This document shows, piece by piece, positions 20,796 to 32,656 of a stretch of 64,000 nt of DNA. The stretch is from TPA_inf: Saccharomyces (taxonomy: Eukaryota), in the NCBI GenBank assembly GCA_000146045.2, contig BK006949.2, forward strand, positions 672,001-736,000, in the 5' to 3' direction. The translations under genes and the position numbers were made by a program. The stretch's first letter is position 1. Each line of letters opens with the position of its first letter. The notes under the pieces are model-generated. The model saw nothing but the letters and a program-made list of their open reading frames with translations, had not been told where the DNA came from and ran no database searches.

Positions 20796-22838
20796 TTAGA
20801 AAGCTTTTTTCAAAGGAGAAATTAGCTTGTCACCCTTATAGAATGCAATGGTCTTTTGAGCTCTTTCAGCAACACCTTCTGGGGTGAAACCGAAGAACTT
20901 GAAGACTTCTGGTGCCTTACCGGAGGCACCAAATCTGTCAATACCGAAGGATTGATGAGCGTATTTGCCCCAACATGTGGTAGCCAAAACTTCAACAGAC
21001 ATGATTGGAACGTTGTCTGGTAAGACTGATAGTCTGTATTCTAGGGGTTGTTTGTCAAAAGTGAAGAAATCTGGTAGAGAAACAACACGAGCCTTGATGT
21101 TCTTTGCGGCCAAAGTCTTAGCAGCTTCAACACTCAAAGACACTTCGGAACCAGTAGCCACTAAAATAATATCTGGGTTAGCAACATCTTGTAGTACGTA
21201 ACCACCCTTAGAAGCGCTTTCAATAGAGCTACCTTCCAATTGTGGCAAGTTTTGTCTGGACAAAGCAATGATACTTGGAGTATGCTTGGATTCTAAAGAG
21301 TTCTTGTAGGCGGCAGAAACTTCGTTACCATCAGCTGGTCTCCAAACTTGAATGTTTGGTAGGGATCTGAAGTGTGCTAAAGTTTCAATAGGTTGATGTG
21401 TTGGACCATCTTCACCGACACCGATAGAGTCATGTGTAGCAACCCAAATAACTGGGTGGCCAGACAAAGCGGACAATCTAACGGCACCAGCAGCATAAGA
21501 AACGAAGTTCAAGAAAGTACCACCGTATGGTTTGTAGTTGGCACCGAAAGCTGAAATACCGTTCATTATGGCACCCATAGCGTGTTCTCTAATACCGTAC
21601 CTAATGTATCTACCAGAGTAGTTACCTGAACCGGAAGAAGGAGGTTGGAAGTCAAGGGCTTCCTTCCATCTGGTCAAGTTAGAAGGTGTTAAATCGGCAG
21701 AACCACCAATCAACTCTGGCAATTGATTGTAAACATCCTCAAGAACAGTTTCTGATAATTTTCTAGTGGCCACGGCAGAGTCCTTGGCGGTGTAAGTTGG
21801 CAACTTAGATTCCCAATTTGCGGGTAGTTGGCCGCTCAATCTTCTAGCCAATTCAGCACCTAATTCTGGGAATTTCTTTTGGTATTCGCTGAACAACTTG
21901 TTCCACTTGTTGTTGGCTTCGACACCTGGCTTTAAAATTGTCTTTTGGTAGTGGTCGTAAACTTCTTGTGGAACAACAAAGGACTTGTCTGGGTTGAAAC
22001 CGAATTTGCTCTTTAGTTGTTTAACATCATCTGCTTTCAATGGGGCACCGTGCACAGAGTGAGAGCCGGCATGCAAGGAACCGTAACCAATGGTTGTGGT
22101 CATTTTGATCAAAGTTGGTTTGTCCTTGGATAACTTAGCTTGAGCAATAGCCTTGGCAATACCGGCTAGATCTTCGTTACCATTTTCTACGTACAAAACT
22201 TCCCAACCGTAGGCTTCGTATCTCTTAGCAACATCTTCATCGAATGAGATACTGGTAGCACCATCGATAGTGATCTTGTTGTCATCGTAGATGGCAATCA
22301 AGTTACCCAATTTCAAATGACCAGCCAAGGAGGAAGCTTCTGAAGAAATACCTTCTTGCAAACAACCGTCACCCAAGAAAACATAGGTGTAGTTGTCAGA
22401 CAAGGTAAAGCCCGGCTTGTTGTAAGTGGCAGCCAGGTTAGCTTGAGCCATGGCCATACCAACAGCGTTGGAGATACCTTGACCTAATGGACCGGTAGTA
22501 ACTTCAACACCTGGCAACTCAAATTCAGGATGACCTGGTGTTCTGGAACCCAACTGTCTGAACTGTTTCAAGTCTTCAATAGACAGATCGTAACCAGTCA
22601 AATGTAGCATAGAATACAACAAAGCGACCGCGTGACCGTTAGACAAGACAAATCTATCTCTGTTGATCCAGTCTGGGTTGGTTGGGTTCATGCGCATTTG
22701 ACTCCATAGAACGTGTGCAGCTGGTGCCATACCCAATGGAGCACCTGGGTGACCTGAGTTGGCCTTGGATACGGTGTCCACAGCCAAAATTCTTATGGTG
22801 GAGACGGCTAGCTTATCAATGTCAGTGAATTGAGTCAT
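20796..22838 (-). CDS. TKL1: transketolase 1 (680 aa)
   Basis: Full-length transketolase with TPP-binding motifs (GDGCLQEG..., HDSIGVGEDGPTHQP). 680 aa. The flanking genes (LTP1, OPY2) identify it as TKL1/YPR074C rather than TKL2. Confidence 0.93.
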   Translation of the reverse strand: MTQFTDIDKLAVSTIRILAVDTVSKANSGHPGAPLGMAPAAHVLWSQMRMNPTNPDWINRDRFVLSNGHAVALLYSMLHLTGYDLSIEDLKQFRQLGSRTPGHPEFELPGVEVTTGPLGQGISNAVGMAMAQANLAATYNKPGFTLSDNYTYVFLGDGCLQEGISSEASSLAGHLKLGNLIAIYDDNKITIDGATSISFDEDVAKRYEAYGWEVLYVENGNEDLAGIAKAIAQAKLSKDKPTLIKMTTTIGYGSLHAGSHSVHGAPLKADDVKQLKSKFGFNPDKSFVVPQEVYDHYQKTILKPGVEANNKWNKLFSEYQKKFPELGAELARRLSGQLPANWESKLPTYTAKDSAVATRKLSETVLEDVYNQLPELIGGSADLTPSNLTRWKEALDFQPPSSGSGNYSGRYIRYGIREHAMGAIMNGISAFGANYKPYGGTFLNFVSYAAGAVRLSALSGHPVIWVATHDSIGVGEDGPTHQPIETLAHFRSLPNIQVWRPADGNEVSAAYKNSLESKHTPSIIALSRQNLPQLEGSSIESASKGGYVLQDVANPDIILVATGSEVSLSVEAAKTLAAKNIKARVVSLPDFFTFDKQPLEYRLSVLPDNVPIMSVEVLATTCWGKYAHQSFGIDRFGASGKAPEVFKFFGFTPEGVAERAQKTIAFYKGDKLISPLKKAF

Positions 22839-23736
22839 TTTGTTTGCTAAAGAGGTAACTATGTAGAGTTGCTTGGGATGAGCTTCCTTCTCTGTTGTAC
22901 TTCAGTTTGATCTGAAACTTAAAAAACGAAATTTAAAAGGAAGACAACGGTGAGAACAAGAAATGAATGAATCAAGAAGTCACGATCAAGTATGTAGGTA
23001 AAAGATCAGGGGGGAGTATGTACGTAACCAAAAAGATTGGGAAAGAGTTTATATATGAATCATGCCTACGATCGTACCTTCTTGGCTTTCCCAAGAAAAT
23101 TTTTCATCTCTCGAACTTCTCGAGAGATTGCGAACGGAACGGCAAACGCCGCCGGCATTTCTCGGAAAGAAGACTAGAAAATAAATGACGGTGGGAAAAA
23201 AAGCAAGAAGCTACGGTTACCCGCAGCGGCACTATAGTAGATGGGCTTTTAAGCCCGTTTTCAGGGTCAGGTAATATGTAATGTAGTAGCACTTAAACTT
23301 GCTAACCATAAATGACCAAAATGCAAGTTTGCTGTATTTTAGTCCCGTTGGCGTTTTCGGATGCTTCATTCCCCAGAGAAGTGATGTGTATGCGAAAAAT
23401 GTCTCAATGCAGCTTTGGCTGCTGCGGAACTTATCCGCTTTGTAAGCACATCTTGTTTTAATGTGTATGAATTTTTATATTTGGTTCGAAAATTATGACA
23501 TTCGGCCAAGAAACTTTCAGAGGAGCTGTGTATTAGCAGATGGTAAGCGCACGTTGAAAATGCTGAATATTATTAATTTAGACATACCTTGATGGCTGAA
23601 CAGTAGTCAGAAAATTAAAAAAAAAAAAAAAGCGCTTATTACGGCGTATACACGTAACTATATAGACGTAGATCATTGAATATTGATATGATATAATATT
23701 TTCCCCGGGATTGCAGAATACTGACACGCCTTTTAT

Positions 23737-24819
23737 TTATCGTTCATCGTGTATTTCGAACTTGTCCTCAAACGGGCTCTCAGTGCGACTGCCCTGGGTG
23801 CTCTCGCGTATCGATTCTGGAATTTCCAAGTCCAGTATAAAACTTCCTTCTTCATCGTCATCTTCGTCGTTATTACCATGGCTTGCCTCGCTTTTTGCCA
23901 TGTGTGAAAGATCATCCGCCTCTGTCTGTTCTTCAATGACATCCAAGTCCTGAATCTCCTTATCACTCTCTTCCTCTGCGATTTGAACCAGTTTAGGTTT
24001 AGCACGAATAGCAGTTATGAGGTTATCGTCTGCGTCCTTATTGAGTACCTGGTTATGCTCGTCATCTTCGTCATCCAGACCATCCAAGATGGAAGAACCT
24101 AAGGTTATATGTGACCTGATATCACCAGCTGCATTTTGTCTCTTAGAGCTCGAGCGTAGTTTTGATTGCAGTTTGTCGGTACTCAAACCGCTTGTCACAC
24201 CAGGAATGTAGGCAATAGGCAAAATATTAGAAGCCCTTGTACGAGTGGTAGATGCTGAACTTCTGTTTCCCGGCACGTTGAGAGTTGGAGGTACCAGTGA
24301 CGTATTGAACAGGGTGTGACTTTCATCTTTTCTCATACCGCCATCATCCTCATCGTCTTCATCATCATCGTCTTCATCGTCGAAGTATTCCTCTTCATTC
24401 CCGTAACTTTGCGATGCCTCTTCCAATTTCAAAGCTTTATTTTTTTGCCTTTTGGGCTTCCAATATCTCTTGTTGATGAAATACAACGCCACCAAGGCAA
24501 TAAGCATCGCACCACCTACAATACCCACGGTGAACCCCACAATCAACGAGGTTTTCTCATTTGAATTACTGGAACTAGAACTAGAGGAGGAGGAAGATAA
24601 ACTACTCAGTTGTGAATCGGACTGTTTCGCACAGTATGTGGATGGGCACTTGTCACATGTTAATGAAGTCATAACACAATATTCTCCTGAAGCGCAAACA
24701 GGGCATGATGCAGTTGAATCGCAAACAACACATCCGTCGCTGCCTCTAGTTGCAGAAGTTGAAGAGGTGGCTGTGCTTGACAAGGATGAACTTGCAGAAG
24801 CCTTGGAGGAGCTCGACAT
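23737..24819 (-). CDS. OPY2: HOG-pathway membrane anchor Opy2 (360 aa)
   Basis: N-terminal Cys-rich extracellular segment, a single TM segment ([24 protein letters not shown]) and an acidic, Ser-rich cytoplasmic tail. 360 aa. Position matches YPR075C. Confidence 0.85.
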
Positions 24820-25146
24820 TTTTTGTTTGATTTTCAGAAAACGAACGTAACCAGTTTGATAAATGTGGTGCCTCTCTTATTCGGCCTGGGAAGCAGTGCA
24901 ACAATAGCGCACATTATAATCATTTGATTTTAAATTCACCCCAGGACAATGGGGCATTATTTTCTGTTGAGAGGGTAACGCGTTGTTTATTGAGAACTTA
25001 ACGCGTTTCGATTTCAAGAATGCACTATAGTGCGGAAATGTAAACAGAATTTATTGATACTTGGCATTATTTGAATTTTATTTATATCTTGCCCGAACAT
25101 GTCTTGACACAAGCAAGGAACGTTTGCTCATTAACCTTTTACACGG

Positions 25147-26265
25147 TTATGCTTGTACCAAAGGCTGATCACCTGGTTCGGGCACAAAACAGAGTTTAGT
25201 TTCCAACTGTGTTTCCTTTCCCGGATCAGATGATGGTAAGGGAACGGTAACGGCGTCTTCATCTTTACAAGGTTGGCCCTTCTTAAGATTTTGATGCTTT
25301 GTAGTCCATTTTTTGAATCTTCCTTGCAAAAGATAAATTTCCCTTCCCAAATTATTTCTAAGTGTGTCCCACACTCGTGGCACGTTTTCTTGATTTTTGT
25401 CGCCAAAATTAGCACTCTTATGGAAAATACGGAACATACCACCGCTGTTATTTTTAGAACTACTCTTTTCAGAGCCGAGCATATCAAGAGAAGTCCTGAC
25501 ATATCGGTATTTCAAAAGAGTCTTTTTATTCTCTTGCAAAGGAGGCCCGCTAATAATGCTTTCCGTATCATCAGTTACTAGCTCCTTTTTGATATTTTTC
25601 CCAAATGTGGGACTTATGGAGGTCTTCTCAGGTTCAGAAGCGGAGTGAATTTGGCAGGTTTCATCAATTTTAACTAATGTATCGTCATTTTCAAAATCGT
25701 CAGGTGTTAAGGGTGATATAATATTCAATCCATTCATAAAATCATCAATATCACTAAAATATGGTGTCTTGCCCCGTTCCATCAAGTCCTCTCCATATCC
25801 ATATACTTTATCATCGTTTACCTCTTCCAGATTATTATCAGATGGTAGGGCTAATTTACTCTTATTTTTTCTAAACCACTTATTCAACCTCTGTCTCCAA
25901 TCACGATCATAGCGGCCATGCAATTGAGAAAGACTCTTCAGCTGCGTATTTGAACTGCTTTCACTGTCAGAAAAATTCTTATTGGTTTTAAACCAGCCAG
26001 AACAAGATCGGAAAAAAGTATCACTTTCAGTAACTTCTTTAATCACTTTTTCCAGCCTGGCAATTTCTTGGTCAGTTTTATCGTGAATATGATCAACTCT
26101 GACACCTAATTGTGCAGTCTCATTGATTAACCTTCGTAAATCTTCGCTTTCAGTCAAATGCGTTGTTATTTCAGCTTCTTCGTCAAACTGGAAGGTTCGT
26201 TCATCATCAGACCTAAGCTCTGAGGGGCTTAATACTGTTGGTAAGACTCCAGAAATCGTTTGCAT
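25147..26265 (-). CDS. YPR078C, protein of unknown function (372 aa)
   Basis: 372-aa ORF. Size and position between OPY2 and MRL1 match YPR078C. Confidence 0.75.
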   Translation of the reverse strand: MQTISGVLPTVLSPSELRSDDERTFQFDEEAEITTHLTESEDLRRLINETAQLGVRVDHIHDKTDQEIARLEKVIKEVTESDTFFRSCSGWFKTNKNFSDSESSSNTQLKSLSQLHGRYDRDWRQRLNKWFRKNKSKLALPSDNNLEEVNDDKVYGYGEDLMERGKTPYFSDIDDFMNGLNIISPLTPDDFENDDTLVKIDETCQIHSASEPEKTSISPTFGKNIKKELVTDDTESIISGPPLQENKKTLLKYRYVRTSLDMLGSEKSSSKNNSGGMFRIFHKSANFGDKNQENVPRVWDTLRNNLGREIYLLQGRFKKWTTKHQNLKKGQPCKDEDAVTVPLPSSDPGKETQLETKLCFVPEPGDQPLVQA

Positions 26266-26868
26266 GATTGATATTTTATCTTTTTATATGATTTTGTTTT
26301 TTAGTTATACTTACGCTTGCTACCCTTACTTATGAAGTCAGTCTCTTTTGTTAGCTTTTATTACAACACTTATGAGAAATTTATAAAAAAATCCCAGGAA
26401 TGCTTTCACAAATTATCCATTCTACATAAAATCTTTTTTTATAGTATTACTTTTTTGTGACATCAAAATGAAGCACTAAATAATTATAGAAAATATTCAG
26501 CAAAAAAAAAGAAAAACCTTCTTCTGAAAAAAAAAAAAAAAAATTCAAAAAAAGACACCTTTCTACCTTGGCAGTAAATTTCAAATTAATTATTTACCAA
26601 ACTGTAGTTCCCGCTCACTAATCCTTTCTTATACTTATTCACATTACTGTCACTTTGCGGCTGTATTTGGCCGCGTTTCCCTTTCGGGTGCAGGTACAAG
26701 AGGTATCCGAAACAAGAAGGGTTAAGTTTTGAAGAAAATGCCAAGTATTTCAATTTCAATAATAAGAACGCAAAACTACAGGAGACTCTTACTAAGCATA
26801 CTACTTCTCAAAAAAGGGCTTTATTTTATAGAACATAAAACATACTGTAGGATCGCACACTGGAAAAT

Positions 26869-28014
26869 ATGTTGAAACGATCATCTCTAATATATCTATC
26901 ATGTGTCCTAATCATTACCATACCAATACTTTTGCATGTATACAATGGTCCAGGACTGTCCCATGAAGCCAATGAACATAGGGCTTCTCACAAGCAAAAA
27001 AGAACGTTAGCAAATCCGGATAAACCCAAAAGCGAAAACGATGAAGATCTATTTTGTGCGGTAACCAACCCAGTCACCGGATCATACATAGATCTATCAC
27101 AGCTATCTTCAACTCCCAACAAATTAAGGGAGGGCCAAAAACAGATTTCTGGCAATAACAAGCATGAATCCTCCAAGACGAAGTGGTCAGTGAGAGGTTG
27201 GGGCTACGATACAAACTTCACGTTAGGCATCTGCTCTAGTCCTGTCGGAGAAGCTGAGTCGCAACAACTGTCCAATCTAACGGGCGCTTTTTACGTAGAC
27301 CAGTTGAACGAAAATAATTTAGTATCGATTGGAGACTTCAGTACAAGGCCTGCGTTAGTCGGCGGCTCTACTGCCAAGAAATTAACTCTCAAATACGAAA
27401 ACGGCTCTATGTGCCCGAACGGGAAGGACAAGAAGGCAACTTTATTGAATTTTGTCTGCGATAAAGAAATTCAATCAAAGGCCCAGATATCATACATTGG
27501 AAACCTACACAATTGCTCGTATTTCTTCGAAGTCCGCAGCATTCATGCGTGCCCCACCTCAAACAAAAAGAATGAAGTTAACGTTTTGGGTATCTTCATC
27601 GGTATCTTCGCTATATTCTTTTTAGTCGAATTTGCGGGGAGAAGATGGATCTATGCTAAACTAAATAGGCATTTGAAAAACGACGACGAGTTACACGACA
27701 TATCGCCATCTTTAAATGAGCAACCACACTGGGACCTCATAGAGGACGGGTCTCGCTGGAGTAAATTTTTCAACGGGATAATTAAGACGACAAGAAGGTT
27801 CACGAAATCTTTAATGAGGTCTTTAGTCAGAGGCAGGAACAGCCGTCAAGGGGGCATAAGACTACGGTCATCCCCATCTGCCTCTTCGTCCAGCCTTGCC
27901 AACAGGGAGTTCTTCAGAGACATGGAGGCTCAAAACGAAATTATTGACAGCCTAGACATCAATAGTCATACAACAGAAAGCGACCACCCAACTTTGGCTG
28001 ATAATAGCGTATAA
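26869..28014 (+). CDS. MRL1: mannose-6-phosphate-receptor-like membrane protein (381 aa)
   Basis: Signal peptide, MRH-like cysteine pattern and a C-terminal TM segment. 381 aa. Position matches YPR079W. Confidence 0.85.
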   Translation: MLKRSSLIYLSCVLIITIPILLHVYNGPGLSHEANEHRASHKQKRTLANPDKPKSENDEDLFCAVTNPVTGSYIDLSQLSSTPNKLREGQKQISGNNKHESSKTKWSVRGWGYDTNFTLGICSSPVGEAESQQLSNLTGAFYVDQLNENNLVSIGDFSTRPALVGGSTAKKLTLKYENGSMCPNGKDKKATLLNFVCDKEIQSKAQISYIGNLHNCSYFFEVRSIHACPTSNKKNEVNVLGIFIGIFAIFFLVEFAGRRWIYAKLNRHLKNDDELHDISPSLNEQPHWDLIEDGSRWSKFFNGIIKTTRRFTKSLMRSLVRGRNSRQGGIRLRSSPSASSSSLANREFFRDMEAQNEIIDSLDINSHTTESDHPTLADNSV

Positions 28015-28129
28015 ACAATGCATACTTTGTACGTTCAAAATACAATGCAGTAGATATATTTATGCATATTACATATAATACATATCACATAGGAAGCAAC
28101 AGGCGCGTTGGACTTTTAATTTTCGAGGA

Positions 28130-28593
28130 CCGCGAATCCTTACATCACACCCAATCCCCCACAAGTGATCCCCCACACACCATAGCTTCAAAATGTTTCT
28201 ACTCCTTTTTTACTCTTCCAGATTTTCTCGGACTCCGCGCATCGCCGTACCACTTCAAAACACCCAAGCACAGCATACTAAATTTCCCCTCTTTCTTCCT
28301 CTAGGGTGTCGTTAATTACCCGTACTAAAGGTTTGGAAAAGAAAAAAGAGACCGCCTCGTTTCTTTTTCTTCGTCGAAAAAGGCAATAAAAATTTTTATC
28401 ACGTTTCTTTTTCTTGAAAATTTTTTTTTTTGATTTTTTTCTCTTTCGATGACCTCCCATTGATATTTAAGTTAATAAACGGTCTTCAATTTCTCAAGTT
28501 TCAGTTTCATTTTTCTTGTTCTATTACAACTTTTTTTACTTCTTGCTCATTAGAAAGAAAGCATAGCAATCTAATCTAAGTTTTAATTACAAA
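28130..28593 (+). promoter_or_regulatory. TEF1 promoter/UAS and 5' UTR
   Basis: This is the same sequence as the ScTEF1 promoter used in expression vectors (ACATCACACCCAATCCCCCACAAGTGATCCCCCACACACCATAGCTTCAAAATGTTTCTACTCC...GCATAGCAATCTAATCTAAGTTTTAATTACAAA ATG). It has ACACCCA Rap1-like motifs upstream and a T11/T7 poly(dT) tract at 28428-28449. Confidence 0.85.
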
Positions 28594-29970
28594 ATGGGTA
28601 AAGAGAAGTCTCACATTAACGTTGTCGTTATCGGTCATGTCGATTCTGGTAAGTCTACCACTACCGGTCATTTGATTTACAAGTGTGGTGGTATTGACAA
28701 GAGAACCATCGAAAAGTTCGAAAAGGAAGCCGCTGAATTAGGTAAGGGTTCTTTCAAGTACGCTTGGGTTTTGGACAAGTTAAAGGCTGAAAGAGAAAGA
28801 GGTATCACTATCGATATTGCTTTGTGGAAGTTCGAAACTCCAAAGTACCAAGTTACCGTTATTGATGCTCCAGGTCACAGAGATTTCATCAAGAACATGA
28901 TTACTGGTACTTCTCAAGCTGACTGTGCTATCTTGATTATTGCTGGTGGTGTCGGTGAATTCGAAGCCGGTATCTCTAAGGATGGTCAAACCAGAGAACA
29001 CGCTTTGTTGGCTTTCACCTTGGGTGTTAGACAATTGATTGTTGCTGTCAACAAGATGGACTCCGTCAAATGGGACGAATCCAGATTCCAAGAAATTGTC
29101 AAGGAAACCTCCAACTTTATCAAGAAGGTTGGTTACAACCCAAAGACTGTTCCATTCGTCCCAATCTCTGGTTGGAACGGTGACAACATGATTGAAGCTA
29201 CCACCAACGCTCCATGGTACAAGGGTTGGGAAAAGGAAACCAAGGCCGGTGTCGTCAAGGGTAAGACTTTGTTGGAAGCCATTGACGCCATTGAACAACC
29301 ATCTAGACCAACTGACAAGCCATTGAGATTGCCATTGCAAGATGTTTACAAGATTGGTGGTATTGGTACTGTGCCAGTCGGTAGAGTTGAAACCGGTGTC
29401 ATCAAGCCAGGTATGGTTGTTACTTTTGCCCCAGCTGGTGTTACCACTGAAGTCAAGTCCGTTGAAATGCATCACGAACAATTGGAACAAGGTGTTCCAG
29501 GTGACAACGTTGGTTTCAACGTCAAGAACGTTTCCGTTAAGGAAATCAGAAGAGGTAACGTCTGTGGTGACGCTAAGAACGATCCACCAAAGGGTTGCGC
29601 TTCTTTCAACGCTACCGTCATTGTTTTGAACCATCCAGGTCAAATCTCTGCTGGTTACTCTCCAGTTTTGGATTGTCACACTGCTCACATTGCTTGTAGA
29701 TTCGACGAATTGTTGGAAAAGAACGACAGAAGATCTGGTAAGAAGTTGGAAGACCATCCAAAGTTCTTGAAGTCCGGTGACGCTGCTTTGGTCAAGTTCG
29801 TTCCATCTAAGCCAATGTGTGTTGAAGCTTTCAGTGAATACCCACCATTAGGTAGATTCGCTGTCAGAGACATGAGACAAACTGTCGCTGTCGGTGTTAT
29901 CAAGTCTGTTGACAAGACTGAAAAGGCCGCTAAGGTTACCAAGGCTGCTCAAAAGGCTGCTAAGAAATAA
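28594..29970 (+). CDS. TEF1: translation elongation factor 1-alpha (458 aa)
   Basis: Exact eEF1A sequence ([21 protein letters not shown]). It is assigned to TEF1/YPR080W rather than TEF2 because of the flanking MRL1 and GRS2 and the recognisable TEF1 promoter. Confidence 0.93.
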
Positions 29971-30113
29971 GGAGATTGATAAGACTTTTCTAGTTGCATA
30001 TCTTTTATATTTAAATCTTATCTATTAGTTAATTTTTTGTAATTTATCCTTATATATAGTCTGGTTATTCTAAAATATCATTTCAGTATCTAAAAATTCC
30101 CCTCTTTTTTCAG

Positions 30114-31970
30114 TTATATCTTAACAGGCGACAGTCCAAATGTTGATTTATCCCAGTCCGATTCATCAGGGTTGTGAAGCATTTTGTCAATGGTCGAAAT
30201 CACATCAGTAATAGTGCCTCTTACTTGCCTCATAGAATTTCTTTCTCTTAACGTCACCGTTTGGTCTTTTATAGTTTCGAAATCTATGGTGATACCAAAT
30301 GGTGTTCCCAATTCATCGTTACGGGCGTATTTTTTACCAATTGAAGTATTGGAATCGTCAATTTTAAAGTATATCTCTCTTTTACGTAAAGCCTGCGAGA
30401 TCCTCTTAAGTATAGCGGGGAAGCCATCGTTATTCGATATTGTCGTAACAAATACTTTGATCGGCGCTATCTGTAATGGAAAAGAGAAGAAGCCTCTTGA
30501 CTCACTATCCACTCGAACTTGGAAACAATGGTCGAAGATGCAGTATATGATACGACCTAAACCGAACGAGGGCTCAATGACATTAGGAATGTACTCTCGT
30601 ATATGTTGCAAAGTTGTCTTCATTTTGATAGTAACCAAACTGCTATCTAGTTTTACGATCTGGCCATTTACTTGACAGGTAAATTCACCGTTCTTTTCCA
30701 GTTCTTCATGCCTCCTAATCAATTCATCCTGGGAAAATTTTGACAAAACAGATTCGATTAATTTTGCTTTCTGTTTGAACTTCGATCCGAAAAATTTCTT
30801 ATTCACTTCCACAACCCACTCGGTTCTTTCTTTTGGTGTATCTAGCTTTTGCTTTACCGTCAGACTTCTTCCCGTTTTCTTGGAGTGTACAGTTAAATCA
30901 AAAGCCGCCCTGTCAGCACAACCGACACATTCAATCCAACCATACGATGTTAAAATTTCACCGTCCCAACAATCTGTGGCATAGTGTGCCATTTCATTCT
31001 TCAAATGCTGGCGAAATCTGAATTTGTCCTTGTTGATCCCAATATTCAACAAAAATTGATGAACTCTTGCCATAAAATATCCCAATGTTTCATTTTCTAC
31101 CATTCCAGAATTCACTGCCTCTCCTATAGTCATTTTCACAGGCAGTTGGACTTCACCACTTTCCTGTAATCTGCGTGATAGTAGTGGAATCTCCTCATTT
31201 AACACTTCATTGAATTTTGCATGTGACTTATTCAACGGATCAACAAAGTGCTCAATTTCTGCCATTAAAAACTCTCTTACCCTTAAAAGCCCACTTCTGG
31301 GGGAAATTTCGTTTCTGAATGACTTACCAATGGAAGCTGAAGCAAACGGAATTTTCCCTTGGTTGATTTCCAATAATTTGTTGAAATTGAGAAATTGTCC
31401 TTGTGCAGTCTCTGGCCTTAGAAAGGCCTTCAATTGTCCTGAGGCTCCAATTTTAGTTTCGAACATCAAATTAAAGGAAGTTAGTGCGTCTAAAACATCG
31501 TTAGTGACTGGATCATTAATGTTATATTCCTGCATGACGAGATTCAACTCAGGACCCGAAAACCCGTCAATCGTGGTCAATATTTTCTCCATATTTTTCA
31601 TATCCTGTGGATTGACATCCTTGTCCAACAGCCGTTTTTTCAACGTCTGTTCAATCAAATGGTCTGCTCTGTAGTATTCCCCAGTCTTAGGATTTCGGCA
31701 CATCCAATCAGTAAATTTGTCTACATGCCCAGAAGTCTTCAACACATCGTAAGGAGTTAGCATTGGCCCATCAACCTGAAGCATGTTTTCTTCCATAATA
31801 AAATGTTCTCGCCACAGTCGAATCAAGTTATTTTGCAACTGACAACCCGGAGGCCCTAAATCAAATAAACCTGACACACCACCATATATCTCAAACGAGG
31901 GTGTGTAGAAAAACCTTCTCCTCAATGTACTTTCCAATTTATCTCTTTCCGAATTGGACATTAACGGCAT
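30114..31970 (-). CDS. GRS2: glycyl-tRNA synthetase paralog Grs2 (618 aa)
   Basis: Class II GlyRS homology (catalytic core and C-terminal anticodon-binding domain). 618 aa. Position matches YPR081C. Confidence 0.88.
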   Translation of the reverse strand: MPLMSNSERDKLESTLRRRFFYTPSFEIYGGVSGLFDLGPPGCQLQNNLIRLWREHFIMEENMLQVDGPMLTPYDVLKTSGHVDKFTDWMCRNPKTGEYYRADHLIEQTLKKRLLDKDVNPQDMKNMEKILTTIDGFSGPELNLVMQEYNINDPVTNDVLDALTSFNLMFETKIGASGQLKAFLRPETAQGQFLNFNKLLEINQGKIPFASASIGKSFRNEISPRSGLLRVREFLMAEIEHFVDPLNKSHAKFNEVLNEEIPLLSRRLQESGEVQLPVKMTIGEAVNSGMVENETLGYFMARVHQFLLNIGINKDKFRFRQHLKNEMAHYATDCWDGEILTSYGWIECVGCADRAAFDLTVHSKKTGRSLTVKQKLDTPKERTEWVVEVNKKFFGSKFKQKAKLIESVLSKFSQDELIRRHEELEKNGEFTCQVNGQIVKLDSSLVTIKMKTTLQHIREYIPNVIEPSFGLGRIIYCIFDHCFQVRVDSESRGFFSFPLQIAPIKVFVTTISNNDGFPAILKRISQALRKREIYFKIDDSNTSIGKKYARNDELGTPFGITIDFETIKDQTVTLRERNSMRQVRGTITDVISTIDKMLHNPDESDWDKSTFGLSPVKI

Positions 31971-32224
31971 GTTGATGTGATATGTCTTTCAACAGTCCAA
32001 CAAAATGTTCTTTAATGTATCACATTTATCGTTTTTCACTTTCATTGTCTAAAAGAAAAAAAGGGTTGCAACTACTATCGCAGGTTCATAAATTAGACCT
32101 CATACGAACAGTTCATCAGAACTGATCAATATGCTTCGACCTTTTATATTCTGTCAAGGTTATTCATTACTTACTCACTGAATTGTTAAGACATCGTGCG
32201 CCTAGCCTACATAGTTATTATGAA

Positions 32225-32656
32225 TTATGAAACACGCTTATGATTATAATCGTATGGAGAGACCACCAGCCCTTTGTTCTTCCTGGCACCTCTGAATATA
32301 GTTTCTAATATGTCAATCATTTCTTGTTTGTCGTCTACAATAAAGTTCAACTTGTTGTTGTTCCCTGTACCAAAATCACACATCATGTGCTTATTGTGGT
32401 AGAAAAACATTACTGTCATGGGATCCGTCAGCTCGTACATCTCATCAAAATCTGAAACTTCATCTATATCACATAAATAAATAACTGCAAAGTTCCTTAC
32501 TCTTTCAGCAATCGAAGATAACAACTCGTCCATGATCATACATTGTCTATCATTTTTGCGACCAAAACGAATGACAACAAGTCGTTTAGTCTCGGTAACA
32601 ATAGCCTGATCCACATGCCATCCCGTACGCAATTGAGGCAACAAAACACTAGCCAT
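32225..32656 (-). CDS. DIB1: U4/U6.U5 tri-snRNP thioredoxin-like protein Dib1 (143 aa)
   Basis: Dim1 family. The start is taken at MASVLLPQLRTGWHVDQAIV (internal ATG 32656), giving 143 aa. The track ORF has a 27-codon upstream extension. YPR082C. Confidence 0.88.
   Translation of the reverse strand: MASVLLPQLRTGWHVDQAIVTETKRLVVIRFGRKNDRQCMIMDELLSSIAERVRNFAVIYLCDIDEVSDFDEMYELTDPMTVMFFYHNKHMMCDFGTGNNNKLNFIVDDKQEMIDILETIFRGARKNKGLVVSPYDYNHKRVS

Noticed and set aside
22967-23292. Small ORFs between TKL1 and OPY2 (YPR074W-A-like)
   Set aside because: Short, no conservation signal, and located in the TKL1 promoter region.
24017-24850. Plus-strand ORFs (64, 82, 132 aa) inside OPY2 (YPR076W-like), and the 123-aa ORF 25131-25502 (YPR077C-like) overlapping YPR078C
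   Set aside because: Overlap or antisense frames of Ser/Asp/Glu-rich coding sequence. The translations are low-complexity.
28780-29757. 325-aa ORF antisense to TEF1, plus smaller antisense ORFs at 29133-29318 and 29685-29942
   Set aside because: It lies entirely within the opposite strand of the highly codon-biased eEF1A gene. Strong codon bias depletes stop codons in the antisense frames. The translation is low-complexity (W/N/S/V-rich), with no start context or homology.
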